From an uncultured Actinomycetes bacterium (GTDB lineage Bacteria; Actinomycetota; Thermoleophilia; UBA2241), in assembly GCA_963725665.1 (NCBI GenBank), contig CAVRZA010000004.1, positions 448,001 to 512,000 of the forward strand: 64,000 nt of DNA. Direction: 5' to 3'. Position numbers and translations under genes: made by a program. The notes under the pieces are model-generated. The model saw only the letters and a program-made list of their open reading frames with translations, had not been told where the DNA came from and did not search any database. Each line of letters opens with the position of its first letter. Position 1 is the stretch's first letter. This document shows, in pieces, positions 1-8,823 of the stretch.

Positions 1-2
1 AG

Positions 3-83
3 GTGCTGGGGCGTGCCACCATCGCCGGCCTGCTCGAGCGCGAGCGCCGTGCCAGAGCGCGTCCGGCGATGTACTACATCTAG
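3..83 (+). CDS. C-terminal end of probable Rrf2-family (CymR-like) regulator, partial
   Basis: Frame from nt 3 reads VLGRATIAGLLERERRARARPAMYYI*. The MYYI-type ending and position just before cysK fit CymR/Rrf2 proteins. Confidence 0.55.
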   Translation: MLGRATIAGLLERERRARARPAMYYI

Positions 84-131
84 GTGCGGCGTAGCGGGTC
101 GCAGGCAGAGCACCGACGCCAGGGAGAACTG

Positions 132-1082
132 ATGAAGGTCGCAGGCAACGTCACGGAGCTCATCGGGCACACGCCGCTCGTGAGACTGGCACGTCTCTCA
201 GATGAGTCGGGGGCGACGATCGTCGGCAAGCTCGAGTCGTTCAACCCCGGTGGGAGCGTGAAGGACCGTATCGGCCTCGCCATGCTCGACGCTGCCGAAC
301 GTGACGGCGGCATCGCCCCGGGACGCACGACCATCATCGAGCCGACGAGCGGCAACACCGGCATCGCACTCGCCATGGTCGCGGCCGCGCGCGGGTACGA
401 GATCGTCCTCACCATGCCTGAGACCATGAGCCTCGAGCGTCGCACCCTGTTCAGGGCCTACGGCGCGCGGCTCGTGCTCACGCCGGGCGCCGAGGGCATG
501 AGCGGCGCCATCGCCAAGGCAAAGGAGCTGGCCGCGAGCGACCCGCATGCTTTCGTCCCGCAGCAGTTCGAGAACCCCCACAACCCGCGCATCCATCGCG
601 AGACGACGGGCGAGGAGATCTGGCGCGACACCGACGGCGAGGTCGACGTGTTCGTGGCCGCCGTCGGCACGGGCGGCACGTTGACGGGCGTCGGCCAAGT
701 GCTCAAGGAGCGCAAGCCCGGCGTGCACGTGGTGGCAGTGGAGCCTGAGCAGTCGTCGGTGCTCTCGGGCGGGCCGGCGGGGCCGCACAAGATCCAGGGC
801 ATCGGAGCCGGCTTCGTGCCCGCCGTGCTCGACCGGGAGTCCTACGACGAGGTCCTGTGCGTGGGCGACGACGACGCCATCGAGACGGCGCGCCGGCTGG
901 CGCGCGACGAGGGGCTCCTCGTCGGTATCTCGGCCGGCGCCAATGCTTTCGCCGCGTTCGAGGTCGGCCGGCGCAGCGAGAACGCCGGCAAGCTGATCGT
1001 GACCGTCCTCTGCGACACGGGCGAGCGCTACCTCTCGACGCCGCTCTTCGCTGAGCCTGCCGCCGTTCTCGGGTTGGGATGA
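132..1082 (+). CDS. cysK: cysteine synthase A
   Basis: ATG at 132 after GGGAG. Motifs [10 protein letters not shown] (PLP Lys), [20 protein letters not shown] and DTGERYLS. Confidence 0.96.
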   Translation: MKVAGNVTELIGHTPLVRLARLSDESGATIVGKLESFNPGGSVKDRIGLAMLDAAERDGGIAPGRTTIIEPTSGNTGIALAMVAAARGYEIVLTMPETMSLERRTLFRAYGARLVLTPGAEGMSGAIAKAKELAASDPHAFVPQQFENPHNPRIHRETTGEEIWRDTDGEVDVFVAAVGTGGTLTGVGQVLKERKPGVHVVAVEPEQSSVLSGGPAGPHKIQGIGAGFVPAVLDRESYDEVLCVGDDDAIETARRLARDEGLLVGISAGANAFAAFEVGRRSENAGKLIVTVLCDTGERYLSTPLFAEPAAVLGLG

Positions 1083-1089
1083 GCGCGGC

Positions 1090-1947
1090 ATGAGCCTGCG
1101 CGACGACGAGCGAGAGCGGTACGGCCGCCACCTGGTGATCCCCGACATCGGGGAAGAGGGGCAGGAGCGGCTCAAGCGCGGCAGCGTGCTCGTGGTCGGC
1201 ACGGGAGGTCTCGGCTCACCGGCGCTCTTCTATCTCGCCGCCGCCGGAGTCGGGAGGCTGGGAATCGTCGACAGCGACGTGGTCGAGCTCTCGAATCTAC
1301 AGCGGCAGATCCTGCATGCGACCGACGACCTGGGGCGCGCCAAGACAGAGAGCGGGGCCGCGACCCTGCGGGCGCTCAACCCCGACGTCACCGTCGAGCG
1401 CCATCAGGTGCGCTGCGACGCCGCCAACGCGGGCGAGCTCGTGAGCGCCTACGACGTCGTGATCGACGCGGTCGACAACTTCGCTAGCCGCTTCCTTCTG
1501 AACGACGCCTGCGTGCTCGCGCGCAAGACGCTTGTCGAGGGAGCCATCCTGCGCTTCACGGGCCTTGCGATCACAATCAGGGGTGGGGAGACGGCCTGCT
1601 ACCGCTGTCTGTTCCCGCGCGAACCGGAGAAGGAGGACGCGCCGACGACGGCTGAGGCGGGGGTCTTCGGGCCTGTACCGGGCGTGATCGGGGCGGTGCA
1701 GGCGGCCGAAGCCATCAAGGTGCTCGTCGGCTTCGGCCGCCCGCTCTACGACCGCCTGCTGCAGGTCGACCTGGCCGATATGAGCTTCACGGAGGTCGAG
1801 GTCGCGCGCGACCCGGCCTGCCCGGTGTGCGGCGAGCGGCCCACCATCACTGATCTCAGTCGAGATGAGAGGGCGGCCGCGTCAGCGCACGAGACAGGCG
1901 CCGGCCCCAGCGGCCACGAGACGAGTGTCGGGGAGGCGAGGGCGTGA
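1090..1947 (+). CDS. MoeB/ThiF/HesA-family adenylyltransferase, no rhodanese domain
   Basis: RYGRHL, VGTGGLG, DSDVVELSNLQRQ, and CYRC and CPVC zinc motifs. Confidence 0.9.
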   Translation: MSLRDDERERYGRHLVIPDIGEEGQERLKRGSVLVVGTGGLGSPALFYLAAAGVGRLGIVDSDVVELSNLQRQILHATDDLGRAKTESGAATLRALNPDVTVERHQVRCDAANAGELVSAYDVVIDAVDNFASRFLLNDACVLARKTLVEGAILRFTGLAITIRGGETACYRCLFPREPEKEDAPTTAEAGVFGPVPGVIGAVQAAEAIKVLVGFGRPLYDRLLQVDLADMSFTEVEVARDPACPVCGERPTITDLSRDERAAASAHETGAGPSGHETSVGEARA

Positions 1948-2810
1948 GCGCTGTCGTCGGCGATCGGGCGCGCGAGGGCGGCCGCGGCGAGGCCGCGGCC
2001 GCCCTCGCGCGCCTCGAGAGCGTGCTGGCGCCGCTGCCGTCGGTCTGCGTCGCCTTCTCGGGCGGCGTCGACTCGACCCTCGTGCTGGCCGCCGCGGCGC
2101 GCGTGCTCGGACCCGAGCGCGTCGTGGCCTTCACGGCGGCGTCCGAGACGTACCGTCCCGACGAGCTCGCGCAGGCGCGCGAGCTGGCGGCCGCCTTCGG
2201 CGTCCGCCAGCTTGTCGTCGAGACGCGCGAGCTCGACGACCCGCGCTTCGCCGCGAACCCCAGGGAGCGCTGTTACTACTGCAAGACGCACTTGGTCGAG
2301 GAGATGATGCGCGTGGCGCGCGACAACGGTGCCGACGCGCTGCTCGACGGCGCCAACTCCGACGACCTGGGCGACGAGCGTCCCGGCCTCCGGGCGGCGC
2401 ACGAGCACGGCGTGCGTCACCCTCTGATCGAGGCCGGCCTGACGAAGGACGACGTGCGCGCCGTGTCGGGGCTGCTCGCGCTGCCGACGGCCGAGAAGCC
2501 CCAGCAGGCCTGTCTCGCCTCGCGCCTGCCGTACGGCAGTCCTATCACACCTGAGAAGCTGCACCAGATCGGGGCCGCCGAGGATGTCCTGCGCGAGCTC
2601 GGCTTCGGTCAGTGCCGCGTGCGTCATCACGGCGAGACGGCGCGCATCGAGGTCGATGCCGACGAGATCGAGCGCGCAGCCGGCGCACCCGTACGCGAAG
2701 AGCTGGTGCGCCGGCTGCGCGCCCTGGGCTTCACCTACGTGACTCTTGATTTGAGGGGCTTTCGTTCGGGAAGCATGAACGAGGTGAGGACATGGACGCC
2801 AGACCAGTAG
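1944..2810 (+). CDS. larE: ATP-dependent sulfur transferase LarE family
   Basis: PP-loop [15 protein letters not shown](A)N.DD..D.RPG, ACLASR and RVRHHG. Confidence 0.9.
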   Translation: MSAVVGDRAREGGRGEAAAALARLESVLAPLPSVCVAFSGGVDSTLVLAAAARVLGPERVVAFTAASETYRPDELAQARELAAAFGVRQLVVETRELDDPRFAANPRERCYYCKTHLVEEMMRVARDNGADALLDGANSDDLGDERPGLRAAHEHGVRHPLIEAGLTKDDVRAVSGLLALPTAEKPQQACLASRLPYGSPITPEKLHQIGAAEDVLRELGFGQCRVRHHGETARIEVDADEIERAAGAPVREELVRRLRALGFTYVTLDLRGFRSGSMNEVRTWTPDQ

Positions 2811-3742
2811 AGGTCGAGGAGACACCGTCCGCGGCCGGCGCGGGACGCGGGGAGACGGCGTCCGCGATGGCTGCAGGACGCCGGGAGGCATCACTCGCGG
2901 TCGAGGCGGGGCGCGACGAGTCATCGTCGATGAACGGAGGACGGCCCAGTGTGACGCGCGCGGTCGTCGACGGCGTGTCGTTCGCGGCGCGGCTGGCTCG
3001 CTTCGGGCGTCGCGAACTGGAGCGCGCGCGACGCGACGTGCGGGCCGTCAAGGAGCGTGACCCAGCGGCCACGAGCGCCGTCGAGATCGTCACCTCCTAT
3101 TCCGGCTTGCACGCGCTCTGGCTGCACCGGTTCGCCCATCCGCTCTACGAGCACCGCGTGCCTCTCGCGCCGCGCTGGATCTCGCAGTTCAGTCGCTTCC
3201 TCACCGGGATCGAGATCCACCCCGGTGCGAGGATCGGCGAGTCGTTCTTCATCGACCACGGCTCAGGGGTGGTCATCGGCGAGACCACGGAGGTGGGCGA
3301 CAACGTCACTCTCTACCAGGGTGTGACGCTGGGCGGTACGGGCAAGGAGACCGGCAAACGGCACCCCACGCTGGGCGACAACATCGTCGTTGGGGCCGGC
3401 GCGCAGCTGCTCGGCTCCATCAGGATAGGAGACAACGCGCGCATCGGCGCCGGCAGCGTCGTCGTGCACGACGTGCCACGCGACTCGACCGTCGTCGGCA
3501 ACCCCGGCCACCCCGTGCTTCTCGAAGGGCAGCGCGTCGGCATCCCCGACATCGACTACACGCACCTCCCCGACCCCGTGGCCGAGGCCATGCGCTGCCT
3601 GGTGAAGCGCATCGTCGAGCTCGAGAACGAGCTCGACGACCTCTACCCCGAGCGCAAAGAGAAGCGCAGGGCCAAGACCGCCTACGCCGAGCGGCGCATC
3701 ACGGAGTACATGAGCGAGTTCGCCGGAGGGGCCGGCATCTGA
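2792..3742 (+). CDS. cysE: serine O-acetyltransferase (start may be GTG 2951)
   Basis: [41 protein letters not shown] and KRHPT hexapeptide repeats. Confidence 0.93.
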   Translation: MDARPVEVEETPSAAGAGRGETASAMAAGRREASLAVEAGRDESSSMNGGRPSVTRAVVDGVSFAARLARFGRRELERARRDVRAVKERDPAATSAVEIVTSYSGLHALWLHRFAHPLYEHRVPLAPRWISQFSRFLTGIEIHPGARIGESFFIDHGSGVVIGETTEVGDNVTLYQGVTLGGTGKETGKRHPTLGDNIVVGAGAQLLGSIRIGDNARIGAGSVVVHDVPRDSTVVGNPGHPVLLEGQRVGIPDIDYTHLPDPVAEAMRCLVKRIVELENELDDLYPERKEKRRAKTAYAERRITEYMSEFAGGAGI

Positions 3743-3875
3743 AGGCGACCGCTTCGGCGAGGCGCCGGCGACGATCGGCGGCGGCGGCGCTCACTGCGGC
3801 GGCATCCCGGTCGTTGCTCAGGGGTATGCTACGATGCGACGACCCGCCACCCGCCTAGGAGCGTGAACTAAGACC

Positions 3876-4178
3876 GTGAGCCACGTACGACGCCTCGTCC
3901 TCGACGTCCTCAAGCCGCATCAGCCAACCATGCTGACGCTGGCCGACAAGCTCGGCGACCTCGAGGGCGTGCAGGGCATCGACATCAGCCTGCTCGAGAT
4001 CGACAGCAAGGTCGAGAACATCAAGATCACCCTGGAGGGCACCGACATCGACTACGAGGAGGTCTCCGAGGTGATCCAGGAGAGCGGCGGCAGCATCCAC
4101 TCCATCGACAAGGTCTCCACGGGCAAACGCCTCGTCGAGGAGGCGGAGACGCCGCAGGACGCGGGCTGGCCGCGGTGA
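3876..4178 (+). CDS. DUF211-family protein
   Basis: RRLVLDVLKPH at the N-terminus and GGSIHSIDKV near the C-terminus. Confidence 0.85.
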   Translation: MSHVRRLVLDVLKPHQPTMLTLADKLGDLEGVQGIDISLLEIDSKVENIKITLEGTDIDYEEVSEVIQESGGSIHSIDKVSTGKRLVEEAETPQDAGWPR

Positions 4179-4227
4179 CGGCCGGTCCGGCGGCTGACCT
4201 CTGACCTCCACACGCCCGGCGGGCGCC

Positions 4228-4821
4228 ATGTCGTGGATCCGCGACAAGGTCGAACTACTCCAGCACTATCACACGGTCTCCGGGGCGGGCGAGATCGTGC
4301 GCCGCTACTTCGCCATGAACGCCTTCGACGGCGTGCTGACGACTCTCGGCGTGCTCGTCGGGGCCTATCTGGGCGGCGTCGAGAACCGGGGGACGATCAT
4401 CACCGTCGTGCTGACGACCGCCGTTGGCATGAGCGTCTCGGGGTTCTACGGCTCGTACCTGGTCGAGAAGGCCGAGCGTGGCCGGGCCATGCGCGAGCTC
4501 GAGGAATCAACGCTGTCGAGCCTCGAGAACACCGACATCGCCTCGGCCTCCAGATACGCGACCATCCTCATCGCGGTGGTCGACGGCGCCTCGCCGTTCG
4601 GCGCCGCGCTGCTGTGCATCGTCCCGTTCTTCTTCGCCGACGCGGTGACGGTCAGGGCGGAGTACATCGCCGCCCTGGGCGTCGCCTTCGTCGAGATGTT
4701 CCTGCTCGGCGTGTACCTGGGACGCATCTCGCGCGAGCGCTGGCTGTGGGCGGGGGCCAAGTTCATGGCCGCCGGGCTGGTCGCCCTCGGGCTCAGCCTG
4801 CTGCTCGAGGGCCGCTTCTGA
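4228..4821 (+). CDS. VIT1/CCC1-like membrane protein
   Basis: RRYFAMNAFDGVLT...G, E.AER motif, about 5 hydrophobic helices. Confidence 0.75.
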   Translation: MSWIRDKVELLQHYHTVSGAGEIVRRYFAMNAFDGVLTTLGVLVGAYLGGVENRGTIITVVLTTAVGMSVSGFYGSYLVEKAERGRAMRELEESTLSSLENTDIASASRYATILIAVVDGASPFGAALLCIVPFFFADAVTVRAEYIAALGVAFVEMFLLGVYLGRISRERWLWAGAKFMAAGLVALGLSLLLEGRF

Positions 4822-4845
4822 TGCCGCGGCGCCGACAGTAGGAAG

Positions 4846-7239
4846 ATGACGATGACCGCGGCGGAGTCGCCCCTGCTCGCCGGCCTCAACCAGCCGCAGC
4901 GCGAGGCGGTCGAGCACTACGAGGGCCCCCTGCTCATCCTCGCCGGCGCGGGGTCGGGCAAGACCCGGGTGCTCACGCATCGCGTGGCCTACCTGATCTA
5001 CGCCTACGGGGTGCGACCCGAGGAGATCCTCGCCATCACGTTCACCAACAAGGCCGCCGGCGAGATGAAGCAGCGCATCGGGCAACTCATCGGCCCCATC
5101 GCGCGCACCATGTGGATCAGCACCTTCCACTCCATGTGCGCCCGCATCCTGCGCCGCGAGGCCAAGCGCCTGGGGTACAAGTCGACGTTCTCGATCTACG
5201 ACGAGGACGACCGCCGTCGGCTGATCAAGCGCTGCCTCGAGGAGCTCGACCTCGACCCCAAGCGGCTGCCGCCCGAGGCCCTCGTGCGCACCATCTCCGA
5301 CGCCAAGAACCAGCTCCAGGACCCTGAAACGTTCAAGGAGCAGGTGGGGAGCTTCTTCGCCCAGCACGCGGCACGCGTCTACGAGCTCTACGAGAAGAAG
5401 CTCATGGAGAACAACGCCATGGACTTCGACGACCTGCTCATGAAGACGGTCAACCTCTTCGAGCTCTTCCCCGACCGGCTGGCGCACTACCAGCGCACGT
5501 TCCGCTTCGTCCTCGTCGACGAGTACCAGGACACCAACCACGCGCAGTACCGGCTCGCCAACCTGCTCGCCGGCGGGCACCGCAACCTCGCCGTGGTCGG
5601 CGACGACGACCAGTCGATCTACTCCTGGCGCGGCGCCGACATCCGCAACATCCTCGAGTTCGAGCGCGACTACCCCGACGCCAAGGTGATCAGGCTAGAG
5701 CAGAACTACCGCTCCACGCAGCGCATCCTCGACGCCGCCAACGCCGTCGTACGCCACAACCGCGAGCGCAAGGGCAAGCATCTGTGGACGGCCGAGGGCG
5801 AGGGCGCGCTCGTCAAGGTCGTCGAGGTCAACGACGAGCGCGCCGAGGCCCAGTTCGTGGCCAGCGAGGTGCAGAAGCTACTCGAGGGCGAGGCCGACGA
5901 GACGCCGGCCGACAGGCTGCGCAAGGCCGGCCTGTTCGGCCGCGACGAGGGTGCGCGGCAGCCGCAGGACGCGGCCGCGCGATCGGCCGCTGCTGCGCGA
6001 TCGCGCGGCGCTGCCTCAAGTGGCGCCTCCTCGGGCGGCCCGTCCGTCGATGCCTACACGCCCGACCAGATCGCCGTGCTCTACCGCACCAACGCGCAGT
6101 CGCGCGTGATCGAGGAGGAGTTCGGCCGCTACGCCATCAGCTACCAGGTGATCGGCGGCACGAAGTTCTACGAGCGCGCCGAGATCCGCGACCTCCTCGC
6201 CTACCTCTGGGTGATCCAGAACCCAGACGACGAGCAGCGCCTGCTGCGTATCGTCAACACGCCGCGGCGCGGCATCGGCAAGACCACGCTGCAGCGGCTG
6301 CAAGGCGAGGCGGCGACCATGGGGGAGACCCTGTGGGACGTGATGGCGCGCGTGGAGGAGGTGCCCGCCGTCACGTCCGGCGCGGCCGCGTCGCTGACGC
6401 AGTTCGTGAAGCTGATCGACGACCTCCGCGGCCTGGCCGCCGACAAGAAGGCCGCGGAGGTCGTCCGCGCCGTGCTCGAGCACTCGGGCTACGAGGCGGC
6501 CCTTCGCGCGCAGAGGACCCTCGAAGCGGAGGGCCGCCTCGAGAACCTCGAGGAGCTCGTCGGCGTCGCCCAGGAGTTCGACGAACGCAGACAGCAGGCC
6601 GGCGAGGAGCCCAGGCTGCAGGAGTTCCTGCAGGAGGTCTCACTCTTCGCCGACACCGACGCGCTGGTCGAGAACGAGGCCAAGATCACCCTCATGACCT
6701 TGCACAACGCCAAGGGGCTCGAGTTCCCGGTGGTCTTCATCACCGGCATGGAGGAGGGCGTCTTCCCTCATCAGCGCTCCCTCGACGAGCAGAACATCGA
6801 GGAGGAGCGCCGCCTCGCCTACGTCGGCATCACGCGCGCCATGCGTCGCCTCTACCTGGTGCACGCGCGGGCGCGCAACCTGTGGGGCAGCTCGCTGTAC
6901 GGCATCCCGTCGCGCTTTCTGGGTGAGCTGCCCTCCGACCAGGTGCAGAAGGTCACCGTGGGACAGGCGCTGCGCTACAATGCCGCCTCGGGGGGGTGGG
7001 ACACCGGGCCATCCTGGGGTCGCCGCGGCGCTGCGGGCGAGCGGGCGGGAAGCGCACTCGGCGAGCAGGTCGTGGAGCAGTACTTCGCGCCCGGCGACCG
7101 CGTGCTGCACGCCACGCTCGGCGAGGGCACGGTGCTCTCCATGGAGCACGGTGGCATCGTGCTCGTGCGCTTCGAGAACGACGGCTCCGAGCGCCGCCTC
7201 ATGGCCAGTGTGGCACCGCTCAAGAAGCTGCGCGGCTGA
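4846..7239 (+). CDS. pcrA: PcrA/UvrD SF1 DNA helicase
   Basis: AGAGSGKT, TFTNKAA, VDEYQDTN, VGDDDQSIY, QNYRS, TLHNAKGLEF, EERRLAYVGITRA and a C-terminal Tudor-like domain. Confidence 0.96.
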   Translation: MTMTAAESPLLAGLNQPQREAVEHYEGPLLILAGAGSGKTRVLTHRVAYLIYAYGVRPEEILAITFTNKAAGEMKQRIGQLIGPIARTMWISTFHSMCARILRREAKRLGYKSTFSIYDEDDRRRLIKRCLEELDLDPKRLPPEALVRTISDAKNQLQDPETFKEQVGSFFAQHAARVYELYEKKLMENNAMDFDDLLMKTVNLFELFPDRLAHYQRTFRFVLVDEYQDTNHAQYRLANLLAGGHRNLAVVGDDDQSIYSWRGADIRNILEFERDYPDAKVIRLEQNYRSTQRILDAANAVVRHNRERKGKHLWTAEGEGALVKVVEVNDERAEAQFVASEVQKLLEGEADETPADRLRKAGLFGRDEGARQPQDAAARSAAAARSRGAASSGASSGGPSVDAYTPDQIAVLYRTNAQSRVIEEEFGRYAISYQVIGGTKFYERAEIRDLLAYLWVIQNPDDEQRLLRIVNTPRRGIGKTTLQRLQGEAATMGETLWDVMARVEEVPAVTSGAAASLTQFVKLIDDLRGLAADKKAAEVVRAVLEHSGYEAALRAQRTLEAEGRLENLEELVGVAQEFDERRQQAGEEPRLQEFLQEVSLFADTDALVENEAKITLMTLHNAKGLEFPVVFITGMEEGVFPHQRSLDEQNIEEERRLAYVGITRAMRRLYLVHARARNLWGSSLYGIPSRFLGELPSDQVQKVTVGQALRYNAASGGWDTGPSWGRRGAAGERAGSALGEQVVEQYFAPGDRVLHATLGEGTVLSMEHGGIVLVRFENDGSERRLMASVAPLKKLRG

Positions 7240-7332
7240 CACGGCACAGTCAGGAGGCGTGGGGTCGCTTCCGGGCGGCGCCGACATCGCCGATGTCGTG
7301 CAGGTCATGGGATAAGCCAGGTAGGAGGATCG

Positions 7333-8343
7333 ATGGTGGACGGACGAGTGGCGGGTGGGCCTGCGGGGCACGACTACGACGCATTCGTGAGCTACAAGAG
7401 TGAGGACGTCACCGTGGTCAGAGCCGTGGCCGACGGGTTGATCGCGGCCGGCGCCCGCGTCTGGTTCGCGGAGTACGAGATCCTGCTCTCCGGTCGAGAG
7501 CGCTTCCAGGAGCGGATCGACGAGGGCATCCGCCGCTCGGCCTATGGGTTGGTGTTCACCAACGACCGCTTCGTCGGTTCGCCCTACTGCCGACGTGAGC
7601 TCGACCAACTGCTCGAGTTCGCCGGTCCCGAGCGCATCATGGAGATCACGCTGCCCCGCGAAGAAGGGCCGCACCGTGAGTACCCCTCGCTCGACCGCAG
7701 CGACTTGCTCGACCTGCGAGATCCCGACGAGATCCTGCGGCGCGCGGGTGCGCGGCTCGGGATATCACCCGTCGAGCGACCCCGACCGAGGCGCCGAGGA
7801 TACCGGGACCCCGCCGGCCACCACAGCGGGACGAAGGGACAGCCTGAGGCGTACGAGGGGTCTCTCCTTGGCCGGCCCTACCGGATAGCGCTCAGCGGCT
7901 GGACGATCGAGAAGGACCCGGCCCGCGATCCGCGCTATGCGGGGTGGGCCCCCGAGTTCAAGTACGCCGTCAAGCGGCCGGTCCTCATCGTCAACGTGGT
8001 GGCCGGCACCGAGGTCTCGCCCGAAGCGCAGCGTCTCCAGGAGGTCGAAGGCGACCGGGCCGTCTATGAATTCCTCCTCGCATATGCGCCGCGTCATCTG
8101 GGCACGATCGGGGCCGAAGCACGTGGCGTACACCTGCTGCTCAAAGACGGACGCAGCCAGATGGGTCTGACCTACTTCATGGACGACTACTGGACGCGGA
8201 AGGTGTCGGTCATCATCCCCAACGAAGCGGTGTCGGCGGCTGGCGAATTCGTGTTCACCTTCGGGCTCTTCGGTTCGTTCCGGGAGTATTGCCTCATGAC
8301 TCGACTAATGGACGATCTCGTCCTCTCGCTCACCTGGGATTGA
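7333..8343 (+). CDS. TIR-domain protein with unknown C-terminal domain
   Basis: YDAFVSYKSED...VWF...SPYCRREL, catalytic Glu retained. AGGAGG RBS upstream. Confidence 0.8.
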   Translation: MVDGRVAGGPAGHDYDAFVSYKSEDVTVVRAVADGLIAAGARVWFAEYEILLSGRERFQERIDEGIRRSAYGLVFTNDRFVGSPYCRRELDQLLEFAGPERIMEITLPREEGPHREYPSLDRSDLLDLRDPDEILRRAGARLGISPVERPRPRRRGYRDPAGHHSGTKGQPEAYEGSLLGRPYRIALSGWTIEKDPARDPRYAGWAPEFKYAVKRPVLIVNVVAGTEVSPEAQRLQEVEGDRAVYEFLLAYAPRHLGTIGAEARGVHLLLKDGRSQMGLTYFMDDYWTRKVSVIIPNEAVSAAGEFVFTFGLFGSFREYCLMTRLMDDLVLSLTWD

Positions 8344-8458
8344 ATGAGCCGACTCCAACGAGAGACGATGGAGACCGCGGGTGCCCGGTATCTCGCGGCG
8401 CCCCGACATATAGTCGCGCGAGGCCGCGAGGGCCTCGCCGGCGAGGAAGGGGGATGAG

Positions 8459-8755
8459 GTGGGTCTCTTCGGTTCCGACAGCGCCGAGGGCGTCGTGAAG
8501 TCCATCCAGTCAGCGTACCCAGACCTGGACGTCGCAGCGGAGGTCCAGAAGCAGTCGTTCGGCAAGTGTCTCTGTGTTGTCATCCGCGACGAGCAGGGAT
8601 CCGGGCTGGATGGCGATCAGGCACGCGAGATCGCGCAGCGCGCATGGACGATCGCCCACGACAACGCCAGCAAAGAGTACGTTCTCGTGAGCGCCATCGA
8701 CGCGGAGGGCGGCGAATGGCTTGTCGACGAGTCGGGAACGGCTTCCAAGTTCTAG
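8459..8755 (+). CDS. hypothetical protein
   Basis: 98-aa ORF with RBS-like GAGG and globular composition; no motif recognised. Confidence 0.6.
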   Translation: MGLFGSDSAEGVVKSIQSAYPDLDVAAEVQKQSFGKCLCVVIRDEQGSGLDGDQAREIAQRAWTIAHDNASKEYVLVSAIDAEGGEWLVDESGTASKF

Positions 8756-8823
8756 GGGTATCGTCTACCGGGCAGTGACCCCCATGGGCGAGCATTGCGT
8801 CGTCGCGTGAGTCTCGCCCGAGT

